Shown: positions 44,405-54,588 of the stretch, in pieces
Layout of the letters: each line of letters starts with the position of its first letter
How positions within the stretch are numbered: the stretch's first letter is position 1
Origin: Phormidesmis sp.
Lineage (GTDB): Bacteria > Cyanobacteriota > Cyanobacteriia > Leptolyngbyales > Leptolyngbyaceae
Assembly: GCA_965248535.1 (NCBI GenBank)
Contig: CBDFJR010000005.1
Coordinates: 992,001 to 1,056,000 of the forward strand
Length of the DNA stretch: 64,000 nt
Direction of reading: 5' to 3'
Notes under the pieces: model-generated
Databases searched by the model: none
What the model was told of the DNA's origin: nothing
The model's input: the letters and a program-made list of their open reading frames with translations, nothing else
Made by a program: the position numbers and the translations under genes

Positions 44405-45751
44405 TTAAACGATTTGCCGTAGCGCTTCTGCAACTTCTTGTGCTGAAGTGTAGCGATCGCCAACCTCAGGGTGCGTCAGCTTGCGAATCACCTGCACAAT
44501 TTCGGGAGTCAGCCCCGGCACATATTCAGCATAAAAGCGATAGCCCTGCTCTCGATAGCGATAAAACTCGCCCGGATCTTGACCCGACAGCAAAAATGCC
44601 AGCGTTGTCCCTAAAGAATATAAATCTGAAGCCGGACTGGTTTTGCCCTCATGCTGCTCTGGGGCGCTGTAGCCGATCGTGCTCGTCCGGTTTTTGGCTT
44701 CTAACCCTACCCCTCTGACGGCCCCAAAATCAATTAGAGAAATTTCGCGAAACGCCGTCGGAGTCGATCGTCGAATCAAATTATGGGGTCTCAGATCTTG
44801 ATGCAAAACTTGGGGCAGCGACTCATGTAAATACTCTAAGACTTCACACAGTTCCAGCATCCACCCGATCGCTTGTTTTTGGGAAATGGCTCCCCATTTA
44901 GTCACTTGCTGAAAGAGCGATCGACCAGAGATCAACTCCACCACAAGATAAGGCTGCGGCCCGATCGTAAAAAAATCTAGCACTTGAGGCAAACTCGGAT
45001 GACTCAGTTGACTGAGAGCCTTAGCCTCACGCTCAAATAGATCAACGGCTTTGGGGTGCTTGACCCACTCAGCATTTAAAGTTTTGAGCACCCGATGCTT
45101 GCCCTGTCGCCAAACCAGATAGGTGCAACCCATTTCGCCTTCACCTAAAAGCTTCACCACTTGATAATTGCCGATCGTCTGCTGCACACTCAAAGGCGCA
45201 CCGCAATCAATGCAAAACCGAAAATCGGGCGTTTTGCGAAGATGCTCACAGGTGACACCGCTCACTAAACTGAGCTTTTCGCTGGGTAACTCCATCGCCG
45301 TTGACCGCTCAGGAATCTGAATCTCAAACCCTTCTATCGCAGACAGAGGTTGTGTCGTGTCTGTGTCAGGAGTTGCCGGAGTTGCATCAGGCTGAACTCG
45401 CTGCGACAGCGTGCGCTCACCCGCTAACTTGTCGGCCTCATGGCTAGCCGAATCTCCAATGTGAATTTGAATATTAGGGCCCGATCGGGCTAATCGAATG
45501 ATCATGCCATTTCTAACGGGCACCTGCGTCATGCGCTTGCCGTCTAGATAGGTGCCATTCGCGCCCAAGCTTTCGACCTCCCAGACAGAATTGATCCGCC
45601 GCAGTTCGACGTGATATCGCGAGACGACAGCACTATAGAGAACGACCTGATTATCGGTCGATCGCCCAATGCGAATCACCGATTCATCATCAAACGTCCA
45701 ACATTGAACGGGCTTTAACTGGACAGGGTGCAAAAGGGTCAGAGTAATCAC
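44405..45751 (-). CDS. FHA domain Ser/Thr protein kinase
   Basis: FHA (IGRS..N...VSRYH, NGT), CIDCG, kinase GEGEMG, K, HQDLRPHN, DFG, APE. Confidence 0.9.
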   Translation of the reverse strand: MITLTLLHPVQLKPVQCWTFDDESVIRIGRSTDNQVVLYSAVVSRYHVELRRINSVWEVESLGANGTYLDGKRMTQVPVRNGMIIRLARSGPNIQIHIGDSASHEADKLAGERTLSQRVQPDATPATPDTDTTQPLSAIEGFEIQIPERSTAMELPSEKLSLVSGVTCEHLRKTPDFRFCIDCGAPLSVQQTIGNYQVVKLLGEGEMGCTYLVWRQGKHRVLKTLNAEWVKHPKAVDLFEREAKALSQLSHPSLPQVLDFFTIGPQPYLVVELISGRSLFQQVTKWGAISQKQAIGWMLELCEVLEYLHESLPQVLHQDLRPHNLIRRSTPTAFREISLIDFGAVRGVGLEAKNRTSTIGYSAPEQHEGKTSPASDLYSLGTTLAFLLSGQDPGEFYRYREQGYRFYAEYVPGLTPEIVQVIRKLTHPEVGDRYTSAQEVAEALRQIV

Positions 45752-45904
45752 ATTAGCGCCGCAGAGTCTGGATACGCAGACAGAATGACAAGACTGCTCA
45801 TGTCTAGATGGGTTGAAGTCTAAATTCTGCTTTAAGAAAAGCGGTCAAAATGCGGAATGTCACCACTTTAACTCAGACTAGATTCTTCTGAACAGCTTTT
45901 TTAA

Positions 45905-47439
45905 AGTCAAAAAAGATACTCGTTACCTAATTTGCCGGGAATGCGCCCGCCATAGCTGTACTCAGCTTGGCAGTGGGATGAAAGGCAAGGCAGTGACGAA
46001 TTGCTGCCTTGAACCAGTTGAAGCGTAGCTGAAACGCGAGGAACGCCTTCGGCTAGAGCTACGCAATGGCAGCGATGAGAAACTGCCCATCTCTTAGATA
46101 TCATGACGCAGAATTGCGATACACTTGCATTGGTTACGCTAGGAAGTAGAGCGTAAATATGTTGGTACTGGAGGCAAAACTTAAGGGCGAAAAACAGCAG
46201 TTCGAGTTGCTTAATGAAGCAATCCGCACCGCTCGATTTGTCCAGAATTCCTGCCTCCGATACTGGATGGACAACCGGGGAGTCAACAAATACGATTTGT
46301 ACAAACTCTGCAAAGAGCTTGCTGCAAACATTGAGTTTCCCTGGTGCAAGCAGCTCAACTCGCAAGCCCGTCAAGCCCATGCCGAACGAGCCTGGTCTGC
46401 CATTTCTCGGTTCTTCGAGAACTGCAAAAAGCAGATTCCTGGCAAGAAAGGCTATCCCCAATTCAAACGCCACCAAACCCGCGCTTCTGTGGAGTACAAG
46501 ACCACGGGCTGGAAGTTGTCTCCGTGCCGACAATTCATCACCTTCACCGATGGATTTAAGGCGGGGCAGTTCAAGATGTGGGGCACTCGCGATTTGCACT
46601 TCTACCAGGTTGAGCAAATCAATCGAGTTAGAGTGGTGCGGCGCAGTGACGGCTACTATGTCCAGTTCTGCATGGATGTCGAGCGCAGTGAGGAACGAGA
46701 GCCAACCCGTCACACGGTCGGGCTGGATGTGGGATTGGCTCACTTCTTGACCGACAGCGATGGCGTTCAGGTTGAGAATCCGCGTCATCTTCGCAAGGCG
46801 GAACGTCGATTGAAGAAAGTTCAGCGTCGTGTCAGTCGCAAGCAGAAAGGGTCTGTCAATCGGAGAAAAGCGGTCAATCGTTTGGGTAGGGCGCATCTGA
46901 AAGTTCAACGTCAACGTAAAGACTTTGCCTGTAAGTTGGCAAGGTGCGTAGTGAAGTCTAACGACCTCGTGGCGTATGAAGACTTGAAGATCCGCAATTT
47001 GGTCAAAAACCACCATTTGGCGAAGTCGATTAGTGATGCGGCTTGGGGCGAGTTTCGCCGTTGGATTGAGTATTTTGGCAAAGTGTTTGGAGTTGTCACC
47101 ATTGCGGTTGCGCCCCAATACACGAGCCAAGATTGCTCGAACTGCGGTCAGCGAGTCAAAAAGGCGTTGAGTCAACGAACCCACGTTTGTCCGCATTGCG
47201 GATACGTGGCAGACCGCGACCACAACGCCGCGATTAACATCTTGAATAAGGCAATCAGTACGGTGGGGCACATCGTAACTGCTGCACCCGATGCAGAAAA
47301 CGCCTGTGGAGAGTCCGACCTCTGTGCTCTGCGGGAAACCGTTGAACATAAGTTGTCTCGTTGAAGCAGGAATTTCAGAGAGCGATCTTTGGAATCCCCC
47401 ACTATATCGGTACTCCGATTAGCGGCGGGAGGATGTCAA
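45905..47439 (+). mobile_element. IS200/IS605-family (IS1341-type) tnpB-only element
   Basis: Full tnpB; right-end hairpin GAATCCCCCACT...GCGGGAGGATGTCAA; left boundary approximate. Confidence 0.8.
46159..47364 (+). CDS. tnpB: RNA-guided endonuclease TnpB
   Basis: GLDVG, YEDL and DRDHNAA RuvC residues intact; CSNCG/CPHCG zinc finger. Confidence 0.95.
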   Translation: MLVLEAKLKGEKQQFELLNEAIRTARFVQNSCLRYWMDNRGVNKYDLYKLCKELAANIEFPWCKQLNSQARQAHAERAWSAISRFFENCKKQIPGKKGYPQFKRHQTRASVEYKTTGWKLSPCRQFITFTDGFKAGQFKMWGTRDLHFYQVEQINRVRVVRRSDGYYVQFCMDVERSEEREPTRHTVGLDVGLAHFLTDSDGVQVENPRHLRKAERRLKKVQRRVSRKQKGSVNRRKAVNRLGRAHLKVQRQRKDFACKLARCVVKSNDLVAYEDLKIRNLVKNHHLAKSISDAAWGEFRRWIEYFGKVFGVVTIAVAPQYTSQDCSNCGQRVKKALSQRTHVCPHCGYVADRDHNAAINILNKAISTVGHIVTAAPDAENACGESDLCALRETVEHKLSR

Positions 47440-48149
47440 GACATTTGAAATAGGAACGAAACTTTGTCACCTTTGCCTAGGGCAATGCGATCGCCCGGAC
47501 GCAGCCGATGACGATTGCCCAACAGCAGCGGCACGTTATTAATGTAAGTGCCATTTGAGCTTCCGACATCTTCGATATAGTAGGCATCGCTCTCAGCCCG
47601 AATATCGGCATGAATGCGAGAGACGATTTCTGAGTTAGGGAAGCCAGACACATCTACATCAGGCGGGATGCGATCGTTGGGTTTGCCGATGTGCACCACA
47701 GGCAGCCCCTGCGGTAGCTCGATCACCACATTGGTTTGCAAATGCAGCAGTCTGCCCGACTGATGCTGCAACTGGGTTGTTGAGACGATCGGTGCAGACT
47801 CAGCGATCGGCACGGGCACGGGCGACCCAGGTTCAGGGATCGGGTCGTCGGGCGAGATGGGTGCTGGCGAGACCACTAGGGGATCGGGCGACACGAGCGG
47901 GTCGATCGCTAGCAGATCTGGAAAGCCCGCGCCAGACTCAACCACGGGCGATGAAACCGCCGTTGCGATCTGGCTTTCAGCCTCTGAGGTCTTGAGGTTA
48001 AAGCCACACTGACCGCAAAAACTGGCATCTGCTTGCACGGTCGTCCCACAAGTGGGGCATTGAGTCGTCGCTGGAAGAGGCGTATAGCAAGCCTCACACT
48101 GCACCGCGCCATCAGGGTTTTGATGGTTGCAATTGGGACAGACAATCAT
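47436..48149 (-). CDS. Double zinc-ribbon + FHA domain protein
   Basis: CPNC/CEAC/CPTC/CGQC; VSRIHA, SSNGTY. Confidence 0.9.
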   Translation of the reverse strand: MIVCPNCNHQNPDGAVQCEACYTPLPATTQCPTCGTTVQADASFCGQCGFNLKTSEAESQIATAVSSPVVESGAGFPDLLAIDPLVSPDPLVVSPAPISPDDPIPEPGSPVPVPIAESAPIVSTTQLQHQSGRLLHLQTNVVIELPQGLPVVHIGKPNDRIPPDVDVSGFPNSEIVSRIHADIRAESDAYYIEDVGSSNGTYINNVPLLLGNRHRLRPGDRIALGKGDKVSFLFQMS

Positions 48150-48227
48150 GAAAATTTCCCCATTCACCAAACCTATGATAAGGGAAGAGTTTTAAGTTTG
48201 AGGGTTAAGTTCTGGCTGACCCCGAAC

Positions 48228-48956
48228 TTAGGCTTTGTTTTGAAGATTTTGCCCAGCGGGTTGATCGAGCAACCACCACAAATCACCCTGGGGGGCAATC
48301 AGCCGAGAGGGATAGGTCAGATCATCGGCGATCGGGGCAAAGATTTGGGCCAGCGCACTTTGTTTATTAGCACCTGCCACCATAAAGATCACCGTCTGAG
48401 CGTGGTTGATCAGAGGCACGGTGAAGGTGAGCCGGGGCTGCCCGTCTTTGCTGCCAACAGTGACTAGCCGATCGTGCACCTGCAATGCGGCAGTGTGGGG
48501 AAATAGTGAAGCTGTGTGAGCATCATCCCCAATGCCCAACAAAATCACGTCAAAGGCAGGAAACTCACCGGGCTGGGTCTGAAAGAAGGCTTGCAGGTCG
48601 GCTTGGTGGGCTTGAGCAGCGATCGCGGGATCAGCATCCTTTGTGACCATCGGGTGAATATTGCTCGCAGGCATAGCCACGCGATCGAGCCAGGCAAGCC
48701 GTGCCATTCGCTGGTTGCTGTCAGGGTGATCAGATGGAACATAGCGCTCATCGCCCCAAAAAACATGAATTTTGTCCCACGGTAAGGATTGGGCCGCAAG
48801 TTTTTCATAAAGTGGCTTGGGCGTACTGCCTCCGGCTAGAGCGATCGTGGCGATGCCGCGCTGGGTGATGGCGGCGTTGAGGGTGTCTAGCACGATCGCA
48901 AGGGCGCGATCAATCAGCGCCTCTAAGTCTGGCAAAACTTCTACAATCCTGATCAT
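48228..48956 (-). CDS. pgl: 6-phosphogluconolactonase
   Basis: GGSTP, WGDERYVP, DAHTASLFP. Confidence 0.95.
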   Translation of the reverse strand: MIRIVEVLPDLEALIDRALAIVLDTLNAAITQRGIATIALAGGSTPKPLYEKLAAQSLPWDKIHVFWGDERYVPSDHPDSNQRMARLAWLDRVAMPASNIHPMVTKDADPAIAAQAHQADLQAFFQTQPGEFPAFDVILLGIGDDAHTASLFPHTAALQVHDRLVTVGSKDGQPRLTFTVPLINHAQTVIFMVAGANKQSALAQIFAPIADDLTYPSRLIAPQGDLWWLLDQPAGQNLQNKA

Positions 48957-49337
48957 AGGTTCCTGGTTAACACTGCCACTTGACAGAGTAAAGGGATTTT
49001 AAAAATCTTGCCAGGCTCTACGGAATAGCTTCAGATCGCGGGGACGACTGGTTTTTGATCAAAACGCCACGAACCTAGTCGCACTCAGCCTTATCAGTCC
49101 ATCATCGCAGGATTGGAGGACGCACTGCTGCTGCAAAATCAGTCTCAAACAGCCCGACTCTCTTCGTCAAAGAATGGCTGACCGTCTAAGATTTGGACTC
49201 CAAAGAGTTCCTTGTCTCAAATTTGAGAAAGTGCGGTAACATAAGAAGCTAGAAACGGCGCTTCTTGACAAAGCAGTTATCCACGTCTTGCTGAGTCCTT
49301 GCCTGAAGCCAAAAAAAGAAATTAACGCAATTTAATC

Positions 49338-49580
49338 ATGATCAAGGAAGGTATGACTCCACAAGTTGCTCACCCGATGGTGAAGCTACAGCGCCAGGTG
49401 CGATCGCTGATCGACTCAAAGCTGCTCAAACCCAGCGACAGTCTTTGGAAGATTGCCCTGCTCTATGGAGACGACTGGGCTTATTGGAAACAAGAGCTTT
49501 TGTCGTTTGAATTCACCATGCAAGACCCCGTTAGTGAACTGCTGTCAGTAGACGCATGGGACGAAGAAATCGCTGAATAA
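49338..49580 (+). CDS. DUF4327 family protein
   Basis: HPMVKLQRQV.SL...W..WK.EL..F.F...DP. Confidence 0.8.
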   Translation: MIKEGMTPQVAHPMVKLQRQVRSLIDSKLLKPSDSLWKIALLYGDDWAYWKQELLSFEFTMQDPVSELLSVDAWDEEIAE

Positions 49581-49624
49581 CGACCCAAACGAGAGGGTTT
49601 TACCCCTCACCCGTCCATCTTTTT

Positions 49625-51232
49625 TTACCAAAGCTGCTCTAAGTTAGGTCTGACCTTGGCACGAATCGCGATCGCCGTAATGTTATCGTGACCGTTGTAT
49701 TGATTAGCCAACTCAATCAGTTGATTCACGCCTTGCTCAAGGTTAGTCAATGAGCTAACTAGCGGGTCGATGTGGGTGGTGCAATGGGTTTCTAACAAAT
49801 CGTTGTCAGTTAAGCCATCAGACGCAAGAATTAGCACCATGTCTTCATTGAGTTCAAAAAACTGAATATCGGGGCTGATAAAGTTCTCATCGCGAGGCCC
49901 TAGCGCCTGCGTCAACTGATAGGCATCAGGGCGACTGTAGGCGATCGGGGCCTCAATGCCACGCTGAATTTCTCGTTGACCGACTTCGTGATCGATCGTC
50001 ACCTGCTTTAAGCCTCCTTTGCGGCTATAGCGATAGAGGCGGCTGTCTCCAACATGAGCAACGGCGGCTTCAGTGTCTTGAATCAGCAGCAGCACCATGG
50101 TGGTGCCCATGCGGCCGCTGCCCGATCGAGAATTTTGCTGATTGACATCATAAATGGCCTGATTGGCTAACTGCACCGCTTCGCGAATCACCGTCAAAGG
50201 CGGCAGCCCAGACGAGTTAGATCCATCGGCAGTTTGCCAATAGTCTCGAAAATAGCGTCGCAGGGTGTCTACGGCCAACTGACTGGCTACTTCCCCACTG
50301 GCGTGACCGCCCATGCCATCGCAGAGAATATATAAGCCCCGTGCTCGAACCGTTCTGCCGGACGGGATCTGAATTTTGGTGATCTGAGTGTCAACGCCAA
50401 AACAGTCTTCGTTGTGGTCGCGAGTCCGTCCAATATCAGTCCTACCAGCGTCTTCGATGCTAAACAACTGCATCGGGAGGACAATGGTTGGCATGTCGTC
50501 TCCCTCGTCTTCGGGTTGCAGGGTGATGGATTCTGATGTTTCCTCCTCAAGGGTCTCTGGGGAGACGCTCGTTGGGTCGGGGGCGGGGAGATCTTGAGGG
50601 TTGGGCATCATATCAGTTTCAGTTAAACTTGCTTGGATCTCGTGAGCGATCGCTTCAAGGCGCGATCGTAGCTCATCGGCTGCTATCAGTTTACCCATTT
50701 GCAGATCAGCAATCAGCAAATGCAGCGTTGCGATCTGGGTCTGGGAGAGTTGATCGAGCAAAAATTTCCAGGTGTCGCCGAGGTGTTGCAGCGATGGCGC
50801 AGGGGAAGGGTCTGGCATCAATGCCTGAAGGCACAGCACTTGATCTTCGTCAATTCGCAGGTTTTGAGGGTCTAACAAGCTTTGGCAACACTGCCACGGA
50901 CTCAGCGCTTCCCAAATTGAAACCATTTCATGAAACCAGTGCAAAATTTGCAGCATCGACAGGGCGCGATCGTGCCGCAAGCAATCTACCAGCAAAGGAA
51001 GCTGCGATCGGTCTTCTAACAAAAGCGTCTCTTGATCGCCCGATCTCCAGGCATCGCAAACTTGAGGAATCACTTGGTGAAGCTGCGATCGCAGGGTGAT
51101 ATAAATTCGCACGTCGATCTGGCCCAGGCGATCGCAGGGAGGAGAGGCTGGTTGGGTCAACGAGGTGCCACACTCCTGACAAAATTTGTTTGCATTGGGG
51201 TTCTCGAACTGACACTGAGGACAGACAAGCAT
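49625..51232 (-). CDS. PP2C-type Ser/Thr phosphatase with N-terminal zinc ribbon
   Basis: RDHNED, CDGMGG, HVGDSR, SDGL, GHDN. Confidence 0.92.
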   Translation of the reverse strand: MLVCPQCQFENPNANKFCQECGTSLTQPASPPCDRLGQIDVRIYITLRSQLHQVIPQVCDAWRSGDQETLLLEDRSQLPLLVDCLRHDRALSMLQILHWFHEMVSIWEALSPWQCCQSLLDPQNLRIDEDQVLCLQALMPDPSPAPSLQHLGDTWKFLLDQLSQTQIATLHLLIADLQMGKLIAADELRSRLEAIAHEIQASLTETDMMPNPQDLPAPDPTSVSPETLEEETSESITLQPEDEGDDMPTIVLPMQLFSIEDAGRTDIGRTRDHNEDCFGVDTQITKIQIPSGRTVRARGLYILCDGMGGHASGEVASQLAVDTLRRYFRDYWQTADGSNSSGLPPLTVIREAVQLANQAIYDVNQQNSRSGSGRMGTTMVLLLIQDTEAAVAHVGDSRLYRYSRKGGLKQVTIDHEVGQREIQRGIEAPIAYSRPDAYQLTQALGPRDENFISPDIQFFELNEDMVLILASDGLTDNDLLETHCTTHIDPLVSSLTNLEQGVNQLIELANQYNGHDNITAIAIRAKVRPNLEQLW

Positions 51233-51438
51233 TCGGGTCTTCCTATTTCCGCTTGGGAAGTCTTATCGATGAAGTCTTATCAATCTTACGCAGAATTTCT
51301 GAGAGTCATAGCGTCTGTAAAGATTCACTGAAGGTTTGAGTTAGGAGGCAGGAATTAGAAGCACAGGATTTTGCGAGAGGGAGCTTGCGGTTGCCGTTAA
51401 AATAGAGTGGTTACCTAGATACATTATTTTGAGACTTT

Positions 51439-52923
51439 ATGACGACTGCTGCACCAGCAAAAACTCAGTATGAAGCGATTATCGGGCTAGAAACTCACTG
51501 TCAGTTAAGCACCGAAACTAAAATCTTTTCTGACAGTTCTGCCAAGTTTACGATCGAGCCAAACACTCACATCGACCCGATCTGTATGGGAATGCCGGGA
51601 GTGTTGCCTGTGCTCAACCAAAAAGTTTTGGAGTATGCGGTCAAAGCAGGACTGGCGCTCAACTGTCAGATTGCGCCCTACAGCAAGTTCGATCGCAAGC
51701 AATATTTCTATCCCGATCTGCCTAAAAACTATCAGATTTCGCAATTTGATTTGCCGATCGCTGAACATGGCTGGGTCGAAATCGAGTTTCTCGATCCAGA
51801 CGGCAACCCGGTGCACAAACGCATCGGCGTGACTCGCCTGCACATGGAAGAAGATGCTGGAAAGCTCGTGCATGGGGGCAGTGAGCGCCTTTCAGGTTCG
51901 ACTTATTCCCTCGTGGACTATAACCGGGCAGGCGTGCCGCTGGTTGAGATCGTCTCAGAGCCAGACCTACGATCGGGGCAAGAGGCCGCCGAATATGCTC
52001 AAGAAGTGCGGCGTATAATGCGCTATCTGGGGGTCAGTGATGGCAACATGCAAGAGGGTTCGCTGCGCTGTGATGTGAATATTTCGGTGCGTCCGATCGG
52101 GCAAAAAGAGTTCGGCACCAAAGTCGAAATCAAGAATATGAACTCCTTCAACGCCATTCAACGGGCGATCGAGCACGAGATCGAGCGACAAATCGCCGCG
52201 ATCGAGTCCGGGGAGCGCATTCTGCAAGAGACGCGCCTATGGGAAGAAGGATCACAACGCACGATTAGTATGCGAATTAAAGAAGGCTCTAGCGATTATC
52301 GCTATTTTCCTGAGCCAGATTTGGGCCCGATCGAGGTGCCCTCTGAGCAGCTAGACCACTGGCGCAGCGAGTTGCCCGAACTGCCCTATCAAAAGCGTCC
52401 TCGCTACGAAGCCAATTTTGGACTGTCGCCCTATGATGCGCGGGTGTTGACCGACGATCGTGATATGGCCGAATATTTTGAGGCTGCCGTGGCTGCCAAA
52501 GCCAACCCCAAACAAGCCGCGAATTGGATTATGGGCGACATCAGCGCCTATCTCAACAACGAGCGCAAGACGATAAAAGAGATTCCATTCACCCCGATCG
52601 CCCTAGCTGAATTGACAGCATTGATCGATGCCAACACAATTAGCAATAAAATTGGCAAAGATATCTTGCCCGAATTGTTGACCCAAGGGGGATCACCAAA
52701 CACGATCGTCGAGCGTGAAGGCTTGGTTCAAATTTCCGACAGTGGCGCGATCGAGGCGGCGATCGACTCTGTGATTGCAGCCAACCCCAAAGAGCTTGAG
52801 CAATATCGCGGCGGCAAAACGAAACTTTTGGGCTTCTTTGTCGGTCAAGTCATGAAGCAAACAGGCGGACGGGCTGATCCCAAGCTGACGAACCAGTTGT
52901 TAGCCAAGAAGCTAAATGCCTAG
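51439..52923 (+). CDS. gatB: Asp/Glu-tRNA amidotransferase subunit B
   Basis: [31 protein letters not shown]. Confidence 0.98.
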   Translation: MTTAAPAKTQYEAIIGLETHCQLSTETKIFSDSSAKFTIEPNTHIDPICMGMPGVLPVLNQKVLEYAVKAGLALNCQIAPYSKFDRKQYFYPDLPKNYQISQFDLPIAEHGWVEIEFLDPDGNPVHKRIGVTRLHMEEDAGKLVHGGSERLSGSTYSLVDYNRAGVPLVEIVSEPDLRSGQEAAEYAQEVRRIMRYLGVSDGNMQEGSLRCDVNISVRPIGQKEFGTKVEIKNMNSFNAIQRAIEHEIERQIAAIESGERILQETRLWEEGSQRTISMRIKEGSSDYRYFPEPDLGPIEVPSEQLDHWRSELPELPYQKRPRYEANFGLSPYDARVLTDDRDMAEYFEAAVAAKANPKQAANWIMGDISAYLNNERKTIKEIPFTPIALAELTALIDANTISNKIGKDILPELLTQGGSPNTIVEREGLVQISDSGAIEAAIDSVIAANPKELEQYRGGKTKLLGFFVGQVMKQTGGRADPKLTNQLLAKKLNA

Positions 52924-53096
52924 AACTCAGGAGAAAGCCGCGCTTAAAATCTGCCAACTCCACCGCAGAACGACTGAACCGCAGAACTACTGGATTTTTT
53001 GCTGCTTTTGTAAACTCCCGATAAACCTTTATGTGTTTTCAGCAAAAAGCTTTTTAGGGGCTTCACCCCTCACCCCAAAAGTGGCATACTGTGCTT

Positions 53097-53148
53097 AGTA
53101 GATGCACCCTGATGACAGGGGGAGTCGCAGCGCGGCCCTCCCTTTTTT
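53097..53148 (+). ncRNA. Candidate small RNA (NsiR1-like 5' end)
   Basis: Extended -10 TGGCATACT (53082-53090), then AGTAGATGCACCCTGATGACAGGG, a GC hairpin and a T run. Confidence 0.5.
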
Positions 53149-53238
53149 CTTGTCTTTAATGCCTTAGGCGACAATGTGATCCGTTGAGCTTGATATAATC
53201 GCCTCTCAGAGATCGATAACAGCAAGCGAGGCAAAATC

Positions 53239-54585
53239 ATGGCATGGCAGCAGATTCCAGGTGGGGTGACGGCACCAAAAGGCTTTCGATCGACCGGAGT
53301 CATCGCCGGGTTGAAGCCCTCAGGGTTGCCAGACCTAGCGCTGATTGTTTCAGATGTAGACGCGATCGCGGCTGGTGTGTTCACCACCAGTCAAACTAAA
53401 GCCCCTGTCGTCGATTATTGCCTAGAGCGCTTGCAGTCAAAGCCCAGCACCCGCGCCCTTCTCTGCAATGCGGGGCAAGCCAATGCCGCCACGGGCGCTC
53501 AGGGAATGCTCGATGCTCTAGAATGTGCTCAACTGATCGCCCAAGCCTTGGGGGTCTCCTCAGATCTGGTGTTGCTCGCTTCGACCGGGGTGATTGGGCA
53601 GCGCCTCAAGATAGAGGCGATTCGGGCTGCGGTGCCTCACCTGGTGGCTTCCCTAGATGAAAACGGCTCGGATGCCACCGCTAAGGCAATTTGCACCACT
53701 GATTTAGTGACGAAAACGATCGCGCTTGAGACCACGATCGGCGATCGTCCCGTGAGAATCGGCGGCATTGCCAAAGGGTCGGGCATGATTCACCCCAACA
53801 TGGCCACGATGCTGTCGTTTGTGACCTGTGACGCAGCCGTTTCGCCTCAACTCTGGCAGCAAATGCTGAGTCGGGCTGCCGATCGTAGCTTTAATCAAAT
53901 CACCGTCGATGGCGACACCAGCACCAATGACACGCTGATTGCCCTAGCCAATGGTCAATCTCGCACGCCTGCCATCACTGAGATGGGCCCAGAGGCAGAA
54001 AAGCTAGAAGCCATGCTGACTGAGGTTTGCACCTATTTGGCAAAGTCGATCGCTCGTGATGGCGAAGGGGCAACGTGCCTGATCGAGGTGCAGGTGTCTG
54101 GCGCGAGCGACGAGGCTGCGGCGCGGCGAGTCGCCAAAACGATCGCGGGTTCTTCGCTGGTCAAAGCGGCAATTTTTGGACGTGATCCCAACTGGGGCCG
54201 CATCTCGGCGGCAGCGGGCCGGGCAGAGGTGCCGTTTGAGCAAGAACACTTGCAGATCAAATTGGGCGATTTCTTAATGATGCAAAACGGTCAGCCCCAA
54301 CCCTTCGATCGAGCGGCTGCCAGCAGCTATCTCAAACAACAAGCCGCCGCGAGTAGTGTGCCTTGCCCGGTTGAGTCACTGGTGAACGCTGAAATCAACC
54401 CTGAGTTGCGGGTGATGGAAGGAAACCATCCTGTGACGTTCGATCGCGGCACCCCCCACACGCAACTCGTTGGTCATCCTGTGATGATTGAAGTCAGCAT
54501 TGGCAACGGGTCTGGCACAGGTCGGGCTTGGGGCTGTGATCTGAGCTACGACTACGTAAAAATCAACGCTGAATATACCACTTGA
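53239..54585 (+). CDS. argJ: Bifunctional ornithine acetyltransferase
   Basis: STGVIG, KGSGMIHPNMATML, DGDTSTND, DGEGAT, YVKINAEYTT. Confidence 0.97.
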   Translation: MAWQQIPGGVTAPKGFRSTGVIAGLKPSGLPDLALIVSDVDAIAAGVFTTSQTKAPVVDYCLERLQSKPSTRALLCNAGQANAATGAQGMLDALECAQLIAQALGVSSDLVLLASTGVIGQRLKIEAIRAAVPHLVASLDENGSDATAKAICTTDLVTKTIALETTIGDRPVRIGGIAKGSGMIHPNMATMLSFVTCDAAVSPQLWQQMLSRAADRSFNQITVDGDTSTNDTLIALANGQSRTPAITEMGPEAEKLEAMLTEVCTYLAKSIARDGEGATCLIEVQVSGASDEAAARRVAKTIAGSSLVKAAIFGRDPNWGRISAAAGRAEVPFEQEHLQIKLGDFLMMQNGQPQPFDRAAASSYLKQQAAASSVPCPVESLVNAEINPELRVMEGNHPVTFDRGTPHTQLVGHPVMIEVSIGNGSGTGRAWGCDLSYDYVKINAEYTT

Positions 54586-54588
54586 GGC

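Noticed and set aside
45907..47349. 480 aa ORF antisense to tnpB
   Set aside because: Shadow frame of the clearly real tnpB; no recognisable protein motifs.
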